A stretch of DNA of 64,000 nucleotides from Octopus vulgaris (GCA_951406725.2 OX597831.1:6262001-6326000), one strand, 5' to 3'. Counted from the stretch's first letter, positions 37,791 to 51,795 are shown. Program-made: numbers and translations. The notes: generated by a model from the sequence alone, not told the origin.

Positions 37791-40043
37791 ACAGTTCACC
37801 TGATGGCTTTTTTTCCCTTAGCTGTAGTGCACCTGAGCACTCTATACAGCAATTCACTTCATTATCTCATGCTCACAATTTGTAAAATAATGCTTCAGTT
37901 ATTTCCAGTTATGCAGAGACACACAAACACACAGTCTCATACAGTTATGTACATATACAAACACACACAATCTCATACAGTTACATGCACGCACAAACAC
38001 TTAAACACAGTCGATTTTATTTATATAGACAACACAAACACTTTGTAATTTAAAAACTTTTAATGTGATACATGTTAAACTGAAATTACTTTTAGTTAAT
38101 GAAAATTTAATAAAATCTAATCATAAATAAGTGAAAATATGCTAAATACAACTAAATTGAAAACCTTTTTCCCCTGGCCATATCAGCAATTCTGAAAACT
38201 TTTGGGTGCGAATTTTACATGAGTAGAAGCCTTTTTTTAACAATTTTTATCTTGAAAATCACCTGTGTAAATTACACCGGTCCACAATTTACATGGGTCT
38301 TTACAGTAATTCTAATAATTCTTTATATTAGCTGTGAATGCTAAGAGTAGCATAGAGATAGGCAATTCCTTTGATGTCCAGCTGTATCTAGGCAGTGACC
38401 ACTAAGTGTTTTTTTAATGAGGTTTTTAAGTAAATTGGCACTGTTGTAGATGGATGATGTGTCACTTATTATATTGAATCAATTCTGGTGATAAGCTGTC
38501 TGTGAGGTTGAGAAGGCCAGTAATTTTAAACAAGGATTATCACTTTGGTAATACCTTAAACCTAAGAAAGAGATTATATATTTTTCATTAAGTAAACTTC
38601 AAATATTTTTACAAACAAGTAGAAGAAAATTTATTATGATTTAAAAAAATAGCCAGGCTGTTAGTTTAAGTGATTTCAAAATGCAAAATTCAATTTTTTT
38701 TTTTGTATTTGTTTTCATTTAAACATCTTCCTTAGTAATGAATTTTTAAAATTCTTCATAATGGGATGGTCACTATGATGTGGTAAGTTCCCAGTGGATT
38801 GTTTTAACCTTTTATTTATGTTAGCAATGTTTTTAAGAAAACTGAGCATCACAACTTCTTTCCACCCTTTTCTATAGAATCTGTAAGAAATTGTTATTTT
38901 CTAATATAATATATTGCTATATGTTATTATACAAGCATCAGGCAATGGCAATCTTCAGATAGAATTTCTTCTCTCTCTCTCCTCTTTCCTGCTACAGCTT
39001 TCTATCAGACGCATGCCCAACATTGCTAAGCTTATTGGAAGAGATCTTCTTTCATTTTAGAGCCAAAAACATTTCGACTCTTGCTTTCTGACCTTATGAA
39101 AATTGCAACTTTGATCACTTATGCTTTATTTTTACATTTGGAAAAGTACATATTAACTGCCATTGGTATTTCTTATTAGGACCTACCCTCTTCACTCTAT
39201 GGAAGAAAATTTAAGTAATATTCTATTTGCTTAGAGAACCTTTTCTCAAAGAAACTCATTAATCTTAGGTTCACTCAGGAACTCAGTTGTTCTTTTCTCT
39301 AAGTATTAAAATAGATGTTGCCCCACATAATACATACATTATATTTAGTTTCTACATAAAGCGTTTGTTTGTATCTCTCGGCCCACCTCATCACCATTGC
39401 TTTGCTTCTCTGTAAATACTTACAAAGACCATGTGTACATTATATCTGCAGTAAGGCTATTTTGTCTTCACACTTGTTAACCAGTAGTCTTCTTTTCTGC
39501 TGTCAATCTATAGAAGTTCAAAGATAGTGTGTCCTCTTTCAAGGACATTAATGATAAGTTGTGTATATTGTGTATTAAGTGACTGGGGAAGATTGGTATA
39601 TTAACTCTTAGTTGAATAAGAAATAATTACATAGCTAGAATTCTGGCTCATGAATAAATTTTATGAATGAAATATAAAAAAGAGTCTATTCTGAAATTCA
39701 CTTTCATCATTTGAAAAAAATCAGATCTAATATCACTAGACTTTTATTTATTATTCTATTAATGTATATGTAATTTATATTTTTTTGAATGAAAATTTTT
39801 TAAATACCCTTATAATTTTTGGATGCAGGATAGCTGTGAGAAGAGTCTAGAAAGTTGGGTAATTACTATTAGAAGACGAGGAGACAAAAAAGTTAGCGAC
39901 AAGTACACTCGAAACTTGCATCTTATTCACTGTACCACTAAGCCAATATATACACAGACAAGTTGCACAACTGACTTCAACAGTGACACACTCACGCACA
40001 CATATATACACGTGCACACAGATGAATGGCATGTGTGGATTTG

Positions 40044-40447
40044 CTGTTCACTGACAAAACTTGGTGCTGCAGTACTTTAGCGAGGTTTTGTCAGTGAACA
40101 GGTCGCAGTTTCAAAGCAAACTAAATATTTTGACACAAACGAAATTTTAATGTTGAAGTGAAACTAGTACTACTTAAATACAGGTTTTACATACAAAACA
40201 TTTTAAATGTACATTGTGTGGACATGTAATGACACCCTAACCCTAAAACTAGCCCTAACCTTAACCCTAAAATTAACCCTCCCCTTCATATCATTACGTA
40301 GATGCATCGGGACCTCTGTATTTAAGTAATGCCATGAAACTAATAGTTTCTGTGTGTTCTTGAATGGCTTACAAACACCTATGCTACAATTGTTTTTGTT
40401 TCAGCACATGATCTCCGATCAAGTCACTTGCTATGCAAGTACATCTC
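40044..40447 (+). mobile_element. Older copy of the 34880 fold-back family, interrupted by a nested insertion
   Basis: gttttgtcagtgaacaggtcgc…aatattttgac…gatcaagtcacttgctatgcaagtacatctc matches 35024-35214. Confidence 0.8.
40165..40334. mobile_element. Small TIR element containing (CCCTAA)-like repeats, nested in the fold-back copy
   Basis: TIRs tacttaaatacag / ctgtatttaagta; tgaaac(ta) duplicated at 40159 and 40335; ccctaa repeats at ~40235-40280. Confidence 0.65.
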
Positions 40448-41654
40448 TACAATTTTTTAAAATCACTGTGGATAAATGCCAGCAATGACCTTCTCAGGTT
40501 TTCCAATATTTTAATTTCTAAACAGTAACAATTGGGGACAGGGAGTGGGGTTGCAAAAATTTCATAATTTCTCAAATTTTCTTTTTTATAGCATATAAAT
40601 GGGGAAAACATATTAAAAAAAAAACATTAATACATGCGAGAATGGTAAAGAAACAAGGAATGTTGTCTTTGGATATCTTAGAAACAAGTCAAATTCCCCT
40701 TAAATCACTTTTCCCTCTGAAAATATTAACAATTTAAAAGAAAAAATTTACCAAAAATGCCCTTCCCATAGTTTTGAAGTGCAAAAAAACATTGGTCAAA
40801 ATATATCCAGAGTGGGATGATGGAGGGGGTGTAAAAAAAAAGAGTTTTACAAAACATGCAGTCATTTCGAAGAATGTGGTTTCAAAATAAATGAGGAAAA
40901 TCCTTGAACAAATTTTCCCTTCAAATTTGTTTATAATCATAGTCAATGCTGTTTGAAAGGGATTTGTTTCACCTTTCATCAAAAGATACCCATCTTCCCG
41001 AAAGTTATGAGGAGGAAAAAGTCAGATCATGTGAATTTTCTAAAACTCCTCTCTCCACCCTCTCGGAAAAATTCTTTCTCATAAATCCCTATATACTCTG
41101 AAACCACAACATCTAAGTGGTATTTATAGAAAATTTTGTTAAAAGTTATCCATATTTCTGGATGTCATGAAGCAAAAAAATCAGGGGTATATGCATCTGT
41201 AGTAATGCCCTTTTATTTATATGATTTTTTTCATTTCATATTTATTTCATTCATTGTTTGCAATGTTCTCCCCCCCCTCTCTCTCTCTTACACACACACT
41301 GCAAAGCTTACAGAAGGGCTGCTGAATTGTAATCTCTATGTTGCTTTGAGGGGAAGGTAAAACTTGACAAATTGCTTCTCCCTCTGTTGTTGGACTACAG
41401 TGATGTTTATTTAAAAGAGAGAGATTATGACTGTGATAAAGTAATGAAAGCAGTATTTATTAAGCATGTGGGCACTATTATACAAAGAAATAATCAGACG
41501 TAAAATATAAAAATTATTAGAATTGGGAATCAAATCTGAAAATATTATCAAGGAGCTCACAGAAAACCACCTGGATGGCAGTCTTTCTGCTAGAAATATT
41601 AATCAGAAGATAGTGTTTGAAATTCTGTTATTAGTGAGAGTTTGAATGTGTATA

Positions 41655-41690
<36 letters not shown>

Positions 41691-42191
41691 AATTTCTTCA
41701 TCTTCATCACACACTTAGCTTAATACCATTTTCTAACAAATGGTATAGTTTCATGGTTTCCCATTTACTTCACTCCAAAATATAAACCTAACCCTAACAC
41801 AAAGCCATAAATTTTGGTATGAAATATAACTGGTTTGATGAAGCCCCAGTATTTGATTGATAATTGTTATATTAATTCTCGAGGGTTGAAAAATGAAGTA
41901 ATTTCTCATAGGGTTTTAAGTTAGGCTGTAACTAAATACCACCAGGCATTTAATCTGTCAGTTTATATCTGCCATTCATTGCCCTACATTCTGAGTTGAT
42001 CTCTAAGCATTTATGTTTCCAAATATTTATTGTTCATTGGGTTTTATTTTGTGACCACTAGAGTCAATGAAATCAAACCGATTCTTTCATGATATAAGTG
42101 GAACTTTAATTTCATGTCTTCATGATTCTACTGTTAGTCTTTTCATCTTTGACTTTAAACAATGGCACTTAACTGAATATATTTTTATTCA

Positions 42192-42611
42192 TCCTGTGCC
42201 GGTTGCACGTAAAAAGCACCATCTGTATGCAGCCAATGCCAGCACCACCTTGACTGGCTTCCGTGCCGGTGGCACATAAACAGCACCAACCGATTGTGGC
42301 TATTGCCAGCCTACCCTGGCACCTAAAAAGCACCATCTGTATGTGGCCGATGCCAGCACCACCTTGACTGGCTTCCGTGTCGGTGGCACGTAAAAAGCAC
42401 CAACCGTTTGTGGCCATTACCAGCCTCACCTGGAATGTAAAAAGCACCCACTACACTCACAGAGTGGTTGGCATTAGGAAAGGCATCCAGCTATAGAAAC
42501 ACTGCCAGATCAGACTGGAGCCTGGTGCAGCCTCCTGGCTTCCCAGACCCCGGGTCGAACCGTCCAACCCATGCTAGCATGGAAAACGCACGTTCAAAGA
42601 TGATGATGATG
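42192..42611 (+). mobile_element. RTE-tailed repeat with four tandem hairpin units
   Basis: gtgccggtggcac(a/g)taaaa…gcacc units and (GAT)n tail. Confidence 0.8.
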
Positions 42612-43127
42612 CTGATTCATAAGTTTATCAAAAGAGGGGTTGCCAGTAATGTCGTTCTTCTTGCCTCTACATCATTTATGGTTAATATTAAGTAATGCAA
42701 ATTAGTAATATACAAGCAAGTCTTTTATAAAACAAGCACACATAAAAGTTCTGTACAGTTCAAGAGAGAGACTTATTGACTTTTTGTTTTTAATTAAAAT
42801 TCCTTTATAACTGTTAACAATAAATTCTGTTCCTTTCAATTAAATTTAATTGAATTATGTGTGTGTTGGGTGGGGGGTGAAGTATAGAATTGGGAATAGA
42901 AAGTAATGAATGGAAAATAGAGCAGAAGTTATTCCTATATATTTCTAAATGTATATCTTTCTTGGGATACAGTTTCATCTCTACTTTATATCTCAATATT
43001 TGTAGAGATGCTCAGTAAACAGCTCTCTTACTGAAATAGATTTCAGTACTGTATGTATTTATATCTTCTGCTCTTATCATGCATTGCCTGTGAAGAGATA
43101 CGTAGTTGCAGTGAGCGACTGACTACC

Positions 43128-43649
43128 TCAGTCTTTCACTTCACCTGTTCTTTATCGCTTCTCCTCCTACTTCTTACCTTTCCCCTCTCCCTCTTTTTCG
43201 TTATATGTTGAAAGTTTGGAAGCCATTCTTCCTCAACTGCAAAGTCAACTCCAGCCAAATTCAGAAGCTGGCTATCCAGGCTGTTGTGTCATTGTCAGTG
43301 ATATTTTCAGTGAAAAGTTGGTCCAGCTTTTTTTTGTCTGCTTCATGAAGTTGTTCCACTGTTAAAAGACCAAACGGATAACAAGCTAGAATATCACTCG
43401 TTTAAATTGCTTTGACTAATTATCTGAAATAACTCCCAGAACTATCTTTTCAACATTTCTCAGTCTACTTTGTAACACTACAGTTTTGGATAGCCAGTTT
43501 CTGAATATTTAACCTCCTCAACTCAGTAAATACCGTTTGGAATAAGCTCCGTATTGTCAGCACCACACATCTAAAAATAACTCCTTTTGAATTGTATCAA
43601 GTGATAGCACCTTGCATTACTGAAAAGGGGATAGGAATCTGTAACCATG
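43128..43649 (+). other. Tmod: Probable first exon of tropomodulin (5' UTR plus ATG only)
   Basis: Repeat-free sequence, Inr-like TCAGTC at 43128, accATG at 43647-43649 followed directly by donor gtatgt; splices in frame to 49775, giving MVAATKAADMYNS…. Confidence 0.5.
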
Positions 43650-46600
43650 GTATGTTGGAATCTCTCTTATTACTTATAATATTCTTCACTAACTATACCC
43701 AAACTTTTGGTATATGAGATATATTTTTATTTTGTGATTTGGATTTTTAGTAATTTAGTTTTTTTTAAATGTTCTTATTTATTATTACTCATATATAAAT
43801 AAATCTGTGGAAGGTATTCACTTTCTCTGTGCAGAACAAGTTTCAAATTACCTGCGTTTACTACTTACTTGTTCTTACCTTCTGATGGGATTTTAGATCT
43901 CATCAAAAATGTCTATAGTAATTCTCATATTCTTCTTAAATTTCTTTTTAAAAATGCTGCATTGTTTGTATTTGTTAAACAAAGGAGAAATGGATTAAGA
44001 ACTCAATATCTATTTCTATATAGTAATCTTTGTATAACTGTAAAGGGATAATTAAAACACTAACCCAATTAAGCTGAGAATATGTTACAAAGTAGAAATT
44101 ACAATATTGACCTGTCTAGCATAACTACTGAAATGTTGATTCTTTTAACGATAACACTTTAATCAAACTAATTTAAAAGTTATGCCATCAGTGTTTATAC
44201 AGTCAATTAATGGTTTCAGTTAACATATCTGGAATGCACTGAACAGATCTAATCTATGAGGGAAGTTTATTTCTGCTATTGAAGTTGTGTGTATGACTAA
44301 GTTTTATATCTAATAAAAGTATTTCAGCTTTTTCGTTACACATTTACATCACATTACAGGTTAATTTTTTACCTGTAAATGAATTTCTTTCTCGACTGGA
44401 GATATGAAAATAGAAAAGAAAGCCACATCCATCATAGATTTTTCACTTGCCAATAAATTTATCTCATTGAATTATATTGAATTATATACTTATAAATACA
44501 TTACAATGCTGTGCCTACTTTCTAAACATTTACCAGACTCCACCCTGCATATTGCTATTCATGTAACTTCAACCAGTGTTGAATGAGAATGCTATTATAA
44601 TGCTACATTTATATCGAAATAATAAAATAACTAATTCACTGAAACTGTGACTGTAGACAGAACTCACAAAATCAGTAACAGCTGTGGGAATTTTTGGTTT
44701 TAATATTCATTAAAAAAAAACTGGAAATAAAAATTGTATTGTATGTAAGGAAAGTCAGCTTTGTAAAGCTTCTCTCTGCAGCTATATAGTAATTGAACTG
44801 AGCGTTTACAAACTAACAACTCATTGGGGTTTGAGTGCTTCATTGTGTACTCTAGTAGTGAGCTCTACTCACCTGTTGTATCTATTTATGGCTAAGTGAA
44901 CTAGACTATTCGAAGTTTGTCATCATGGGTATGGACATAACACTGTACCAGTGTCATAATATCAAAACACATATCTCATCTGATATCTAGTTATTCCCCC
45001 AAACTACCAACTTAGCCAACTGTAATTCTTGTTACATATAATTCATTTAGTTTTTACATATCTGCTTCAAATTCAACAGATAGCTATGAATTTCTACATT
45101 CTTATCGATATGCACTATAATGTAATGAACCTAATTTATTAAGGAATATCTAGAGAAACTCCCATTAATAGTATAGATAATCTTGTATTGCTACTAAATT
45201 GATTGTTATTTCCTCTTTACAAATTTATATACAAATGTGCACACACACACACACACACACACTACAATGCCTTTGCACATAAACTGTACCTTTTTGTTTA
45301 CATTAAAAGATTTTATTTTTATTTAACTAAGTTTCATATATTTCCGTGAATTCAGTTAAATGACTTCAGTTTTCATTGATTAATATTGATTAAGTTTCTG
45401 TGAAATGTAATGCAGTCACTAAATATTATGATACTTAAACAAGAATCCAGACATCTAACTCTAAACATATTGATTTTATTATTCTACTGTTTACTTCATA
45501 TCATAACATTCAATATCCATATGAGTAAGCCTGTATTTTGTTAAACATCTGCTCTTCTGCATTCATAAACCAACTTAACAGCACTCAAAACTAACAAAAA
45601 CCAGCCTCTTTCCTTGTCCCCTCAAAACAAACTTTACTGAAATTTTTATTCTTTTCTCTTTTTTATTAATGAGCTAAGAGCATAGAGTTTTTATAGTGTA
45701 ATTCTTCTCATTTCATCTTGATGTTGAACAAGTTTAAAGACTTTTAAACCATCTTACAATTATTAAACATGGTTATTTCTCCAGCTCTGATCAATTTTTA
45801 CAATCCTGTTGTGGATTGAAGGCCTTCCCTTTTGAGAAACATTAGATTAACTCATGCTCACTACAGACCAACTTTATAAACTTTTTTCAACAAGGCAAAT
45901 TTCAGTATTCTTTGAAAAAAGTATAAATTAATATTTTTCTTTAATTGTTTTTTATATTCAATTGAAAACTGAAGTTAATAAATAAAAAAACTGGCTTGAA
46001 TGTTTTCTTATATATGTAACGTGTTGAGGTTTTAACAGGGGGTCTTTCATTCTATTTTATACTGGTATATGTCAGGGCTACAGAATAGAAAAGAGTATTT
46101 CATAAAGTATATATGATCTACAAATAAAGTACATATTAATGTTGTTCCTCTCAATATATTTGCTGTTCTTTATAAGTTATCAGTTGATCATAATGTAAAA
46201 CATTGTGATCTTTAAAGAAGGTTGAATATAATTAAATATTAACATTTTAGTGAAGAAATATTTTCTAAAAGGTTTTTTAATAGCTATCATTATTAATATA
46301 GATCACTTTGATATTATGGTTATACTGTATTCTTTATACATTTTATTTCAATAGAATATTTTTGTTTGTTACCTTGATGTATTCTTGCCATCTGTTTGTA
46401 GAACAGTTATAGAGTTCCAGTTATTTCTTTGAGTAAATAAGTCACTGGTGCAACAAGTCTTGTTAGTGTTTCTAATATTTTGATCTTATGATTATTTTAT
46501 TTTTTATTTATATTTATAATTTTGTTGTTACCATCTTGACATTTAATTAGTGAAATCCATTTGTTTTATAGTCTTTTATTTCTTTTACTGATTTTCATAA

Positions 46601-47513
46601 TTTGGCTGAGGCTATGCTGGAGTACTTGCCCTCAAAGATCTTTTTTTCTTTTTTTGTTTGTTTTTGGTCATATCACCCCCTAGTACTTACTTCACTCTGG
46701 TGTTTAGTTTGTCAAATATGATTTTAACATAAAGAGTACACACACACATTTATGCAATAGGCTTCCACACAGTTTCTATCTAGCAACTTCCACTCAGAAG
46801 GAATTAGAATGCAATAGGCTTCCACACAGTTTCTATCTAGCAACTTCCACTCAGAAGGAATTAGTCAACCTAAGACTACAGTCGGAGACACATACTTGAG
46901 ATACTTGAGGTACTGTGCAGTAGGATCAAATTTGCACTGCCTCTGCCCATAGTCAATAGAATTCATATAGTCAAAACAATTTGTTTTTTAGTGAGTAGTT
47001 TGTTTATATTTGTGTTTTATAATGAAATAACAGTTGAGTAGTTAATATGGCTAACTTGAAAATAATAAATACAAGCCCAATCACTAATATTACAAGGGAT
47101 GTTACTCTACCATCTCCAATTACCACTGCTAAAAATACATAACATTACTTGAGTAGATAAGATAGGCAATGGTCTACTTGTAGAGTACTTGCTGTAGTAT
47201 CTTGTTACAAATGCAAAGCAATACTGCCACAGGGAAGTAAGTAATTAAAATGGTTGATTTAAAAAACGATCCTAAGTTATACTGAATTGTTTTTCTCTTA
47301 CTGTTACATACTTTATGCTAGAGTAAATCAAGAATTTTTGGAGATAATTATTTTTAACATGATAGCTTTTCCTCCTACTGAACTGTGAAGTGGGTGTGGC
47401 ACCTATTTCCAGCCAAGGTTTACAGGCAAACAGACTGATGTGCCATGTTTTGTAAGTGCAATACAAAAACATATAATGCCTTCAATCTAGTGTATATATA
47501 TAAGCATTGTGTA

Positions 47514-47686
47514 GAGGTGCAAGTATGGCTGTGTGGTAAGAAGTTTACTTCTTGATCAAATGGTTGCAGGCTCAATCCCATTGGGTGGCATTGCAGGCGA
47601 GTGTCTTCTACTATATAGCCTTGGGCTGACCTAAACTTCATGAGTGGATTTGATAGATGGAAATTGAAAGAAGCACTGTGTGCATG

Positions 47687-47727
<41 letters not shown>

Positions 47728-47735
47728 TTGCTTTT
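47514..47735 (+). mobile_element. tRNA-derived SINE (family B), 5' half
   Basis: ggtgcaagtatggctgtgtggtaag…gtgagtggatttgatagatggaaa. Confidence 0.7.
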
Positions 47736-47896
47736 ATGTTCAATTATAATAAAGAGTAAATTAATGTATGTAAAGAGTTACTCCATACTTTTGTAGAGTA
47801 TAGATTTATTATTCCTTAACAAGAATAATGTGTATGTTCTATTTTGAAAAAATATGTAGCAGCTGAAATGTCTAGCAAATTATGTCTGCAGGGTAA

Positions 47897-48096
47897 TTAC
47901 ATATCAAAACAGAAAACTGGAAAAATTTGATATATTTTGGATTTCGTGTTCCTTCATCTCATGAACTACAGATAGGAAATTCCATACATTTTTTTCCACA
48001 TGTATAACTTTGTAACTCCTATCCTAGAATGAAATACTTGTAACATGGAATTTAAAATATACCAAATTTTTCCAGTCTTTAGTTTTTATATGTAAT
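47897..48096. repeat. Imperfect inverted repeat (MITE-like)
   Basis: ttacatatcaaaac…ctggaaaaatttgatatatttt versus aaaatataccaaatttttccag…gtttttatatgtaa. Confidence 0.55.
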
Positions 48097-49054
48097 GTCT
48101 TAAATTTAGATATTCGCAAAACATGACTTTTGAGGAATACAATATATAAGAAATCTTTTAATATTTATCTTTGGCAATAAAATACTTGAAACGTCAGCTG
48201 CTTGAATATCATCCCCATGATTTGTTTTAGAGACAAAATACCTTTGTTTATGGTTCCTTTATGCCTTTTGATAGATTCAGCTTAGATATTATAGAAATTA
48301 TCTCAAATCATACACTCAGTAGGCTTACCTTTTAAAAGCCATCATGAGTTAAGATGAATGAAAGCTATTAATCCTTACTGAATTCATATCTAATGTCAAC
48401 TTATCTGAAACTAAAACCTCTATTTTATAACTACGACTGAACACAAGTGTTGAATGGCTGCTGTCATAAAACAGATGTGGCTGTTAGCCAAGTAAAGATG
48501 AGCTTGCTGCATTCTTTTAATTTAGGAAGAGCAAGCAGTTCTCCTGTATCTGGGGACTGTGGCAAAAGAGTTGTGTGATGGATAAGGTCAAAAGGATTGA
48601 AGAGTAATAAGTTTCCTCTTCAGCCAGGCATTTATCGACTTTTTCAAGCTCCACTTGGAAAGGAAGATGAGACTGAAAGGAGGATGGCAGTGGTGAAAAA
48701 GGGAAGCATGAATGGGTCTACCCTCAGCTTGTCCCTTTAGGTCAGAGGACTATATAGTTGGAAGAGAGCACTTATTCTTGATGGTCAAAGTAATTCTAGA
48801 TTTATGGGGTTCTTTGATTGGCCCTAGATGGATGGATGGATGTCCTCCTGTATCAAAAGGATGATATTGTCTTTAAAACATGTATGATATACTAAAGTAT
48901 ACCAAATATAGTTTTTATTTCATTCAGTGTTTTTGTAGTTCAGTTTCTACATAAACTCCCATACTTTATGTAACTTGCCTTTGTAATGTCCCCTATGATT
49001 TTTCTGACATTAAAAACCATTAAACCTATGACAAATAAAAAAGAAATTATTATT

Positions 49055-49420
49055 AAGTATGCTAATTTACATAGCAGAGATATTATGAGGTTTGGTGATA
49101 AAAGCCTCCTCAAATGTCAAGAACCATAATGTAGAGTAGCACTTTCCTGCAAGTTGATATTATGTGTCGTACTTCCAGTATCTTTCAACCTCACATTATA
49201 ATTTGGGCATTGTGCCAAGTGCATCAATTACCACAGGAACCATCTTCATCCTTGTGTTCTATCCTTCTGGCAAGGTTCTAATTTTCATCCTTCTGGTTAG
49301 GTCCTAATTGTCTCAGTTTCCTTGATATTCATGCTGCTTTTGAAAGTGATTGCAAAGTCAATAATCTTACGCTGCTTCTTCTTTCTGTCTTCTACAATCA
49401 TTAATGCTCTCCGCGCTTCA
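49055..49420 (-). mobile_element. R4/Dong-like restriction-like endonuclease C-terminal fragment
   Basis: Minus-strand KIIDFAI and VPVVIDALGTMPK motifs; (TAA)n-type repeats on both sides. Confidence 0.55.
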
Positions 49421-49427
49421 CCAATAT

Positions 49428-49534
49428 ATTATTGTTATTATTATTGTTATTATTATTGTTATTATTATTATTGTTATTATTATTGTTATTATTGTTATTA
49501 TTGTTATTATTATTGTTATTATTATTATTATTAT
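49428..49534. repeat. (ATT/GTT)n microsatellite
   Basis: Direct reading. Confidence 0.9.
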
Positions 49535-49760
49535 GAGCTGGCAGAATCATCAGCATGCCAGACCACACCCTTGTCTGTCTTTATGTTCTAAGTTAAAATG
49601 CCACTGGGATTGACCTTGCCTTTCATCCCTTTGGAGTTGATAAACTAAGTACCAGTTGAGTACTGGCATTGATGTAATTGACTGTACTCCTCACCTAAAA
49701 TTCCAGGCCTTGTGCCTAGACTAGAAAGCATTATTACGATTGTTGTTGTCATTATTATTG
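49535..49760 (+). mobile_element. SINE family C immediately upstream of the tropomodulin acceptor
   Basis: gagctggcagaatc…ttgcctttcatcc…ggccttgtgcctaga…attatt. Confidence 0.7.
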
Positions 49761-49774
49761 CTTCTCTGTTTCAG

Positions 49775-49924
49775 GTTGCAGCAACAAAAGCAGCCGACAT
49801 GTATAATTCTCTTGCTTCAAAGGATGACAAGGATGAAGACTTTGACTGGGATCGGTTAGATGAACTTCTCAAGACACTTAGTGCAGATGAAGTTGAGGAA
49901 CTTAATGGAGATTTTGATCCAGAT
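49775..49924 (+). CDS. Tmod: Tropomodulin exon (N-terminal tropomyosin-binding region); in-frame ATG at 49799
   Basis: tttcag acceptor, gtaagt donor; VAATKAADMYNSLASKDDKDEDFDWDRLDELLKTLSADEVEELNGDFDPD matches the tropomodulin DELLxxLSxxExxxL…DPD signature; phase 0 end. Confidence 0.9.
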
Positions 49925-50541
49925 GTAAGTATTTTTCTCTTCTACTTTCGCTTTTCACCAAATATTCAAAATTGCTAACTGATTCTTGCCAAAATTTTAC
50001 AACACTTTATTCCTTTTGTATTTATTCACATTACTTTGTTTCCTTTTGAGAAGAAGAAAGGCTGTAGTTGTTACCTATTCAACCTTTCATAGAGGGGAGA
50101 TAGGTTTACTATGATTAATATGGTTAATATTTGGTTAGATTTTCTTTTTTGGTAATTAGTCGGGCTGGAGGGAAAGCAAAGGAAGAAAAGAATTGAGTAA
50201 ATGAGTTCTGAAAAAGTCAGAATTGTATGAGACATGCAGAATCTTTACAGTTGAATTGGGTGGGTTTAGATAGGGTTTGGATGTATATATATTCAACATT
50301 TTTCAAGGAATGAAGATCTTTATATTAAGTGGGAAAGATTGGAAGGTTGCAACTGATACAGTTGGTGTTTGTGAATAACTTTTTGGAAGCATAACCAGTT
50401 TTTTTTATGTGTTATGGAATTACCATCTTAGATTTAAATATGCTTTAGTGTTCTTGTTTCTTGGCCTCAAGACATTCCTGACTGCGCAGATCCTTGAGCA
50501 AAACTGTTCCAGCTGTAACTTCATGTTTGTTTATCAGGAAT

Positions 50542-50900
50542 TCATCATCATCATCGTTTAACGTCTGTTTTCCATGCTAGCATGGGTTGGACAGTTCGAC
50601 CGGGGTCTGGGAAGCCAGGAGGCTGCGCCAGGCTCCAGTCTGATCTTGCAGTGTTTCTACGGCTGGATGCTCTTCCTAATGCCAACTACTCCGTGAGTGT
50701 AATGAGTGCTTTTTACGTACCACTGGCTCAGGGTCAGAGGACGCTGGCAAACGGCCATGATTGGTTGGTGCTTTTTACATGTCACCGACACGGACGCCAG
50801 TCAGGCGGCGCTGGCATCAGCCAAGTTCAGATGGTGCTTTTTACATGCCACTGGCATGGGTATCATAACTACAATTTCCATTTGATTTTTATTTTGATGT
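50542..50900 (-). mobile_element. RTE-tailed repeat copy
   Basis: (CAT)n cgtttaacgtctgttttccatgctagc. Confidence 0.8.
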
Positions 50901-51514
50901 TGGTGAATTACATAATCAAATGTATCCCTCCCCATTTAAATTAGCTGGGGTGTAAATTGACATTTGATTCTTGCTAAAGATAAGAATCAAATGCAATTTC
51001 TGCTTAAAGGCTCTCATTTACTCATCCAAAACTAGGATAGGGTATATTCATACTTTCAACAACTACTTAGACTTGAAATAACTTTTAGTTTTGAAGAGAA
51101 AACCTGCATCACAAAAATATTTTGTGCTGCAGGCTTGGCAACATAGAAAATGTGTGTTTGCTATAAAATGTAGAATTGTAAGATGTAAATTTAGCAGCAA
51201 GATGATGAAGAGATGACTGCAGTGTTGTTGGTTTGTTTTCTTTTCTTGAGATGATAATACCTGTATTGCTTTGCTATTGAGTTTAAACTGGTGGATCCCC
51301 ATAACAAGATGTTTCAAGGTCTTTGATTGTATATGTGTATGAACAAATTGTGTGTGTGTGTGTGGAAGATGAAGGTGGAATGTAGCATAGTGTCATCAGT
51401 CTGTGTGTGTATGGCAAGAGGTGGCAAGGAGTTGTTTACAAACAAGTAACAGAATGCACCCAAGGTAAATGTATCAAGTATTAGGCAGAACTTCATTTAC
51501 AGATGCTTACTATT

Positions 51515-51795
51515 ATCATCATCATCGTTTAACTTCCGCTTTCCATGCTAGCATGGGTTGGATGGTTCGATCAGGGTCTGGGAAGCCAGGAGGCTGCACC
51601 AGGCCCAGTCTGATCTGGCAATGTTTCTACGGCTGGATGCCCTTCCTAACGCCAACCGTTCTGTGAGTGTAGTGGGTGCTTTTTACATGCCACCGGCACA
51701 CGTGCCAGGCGAGGCTGGCAACAGCCATGATCGGTTGGTGGTTTTTACGCGCCACCGGCACAGAGGCCAGTTGAGGCGGCGCTGGCAATGCCCAC
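51515..51795 (-). mobile_element. RTE-tailed repeat copy
   Basis: Same family as 50542-50900. Confidence 0.8.
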
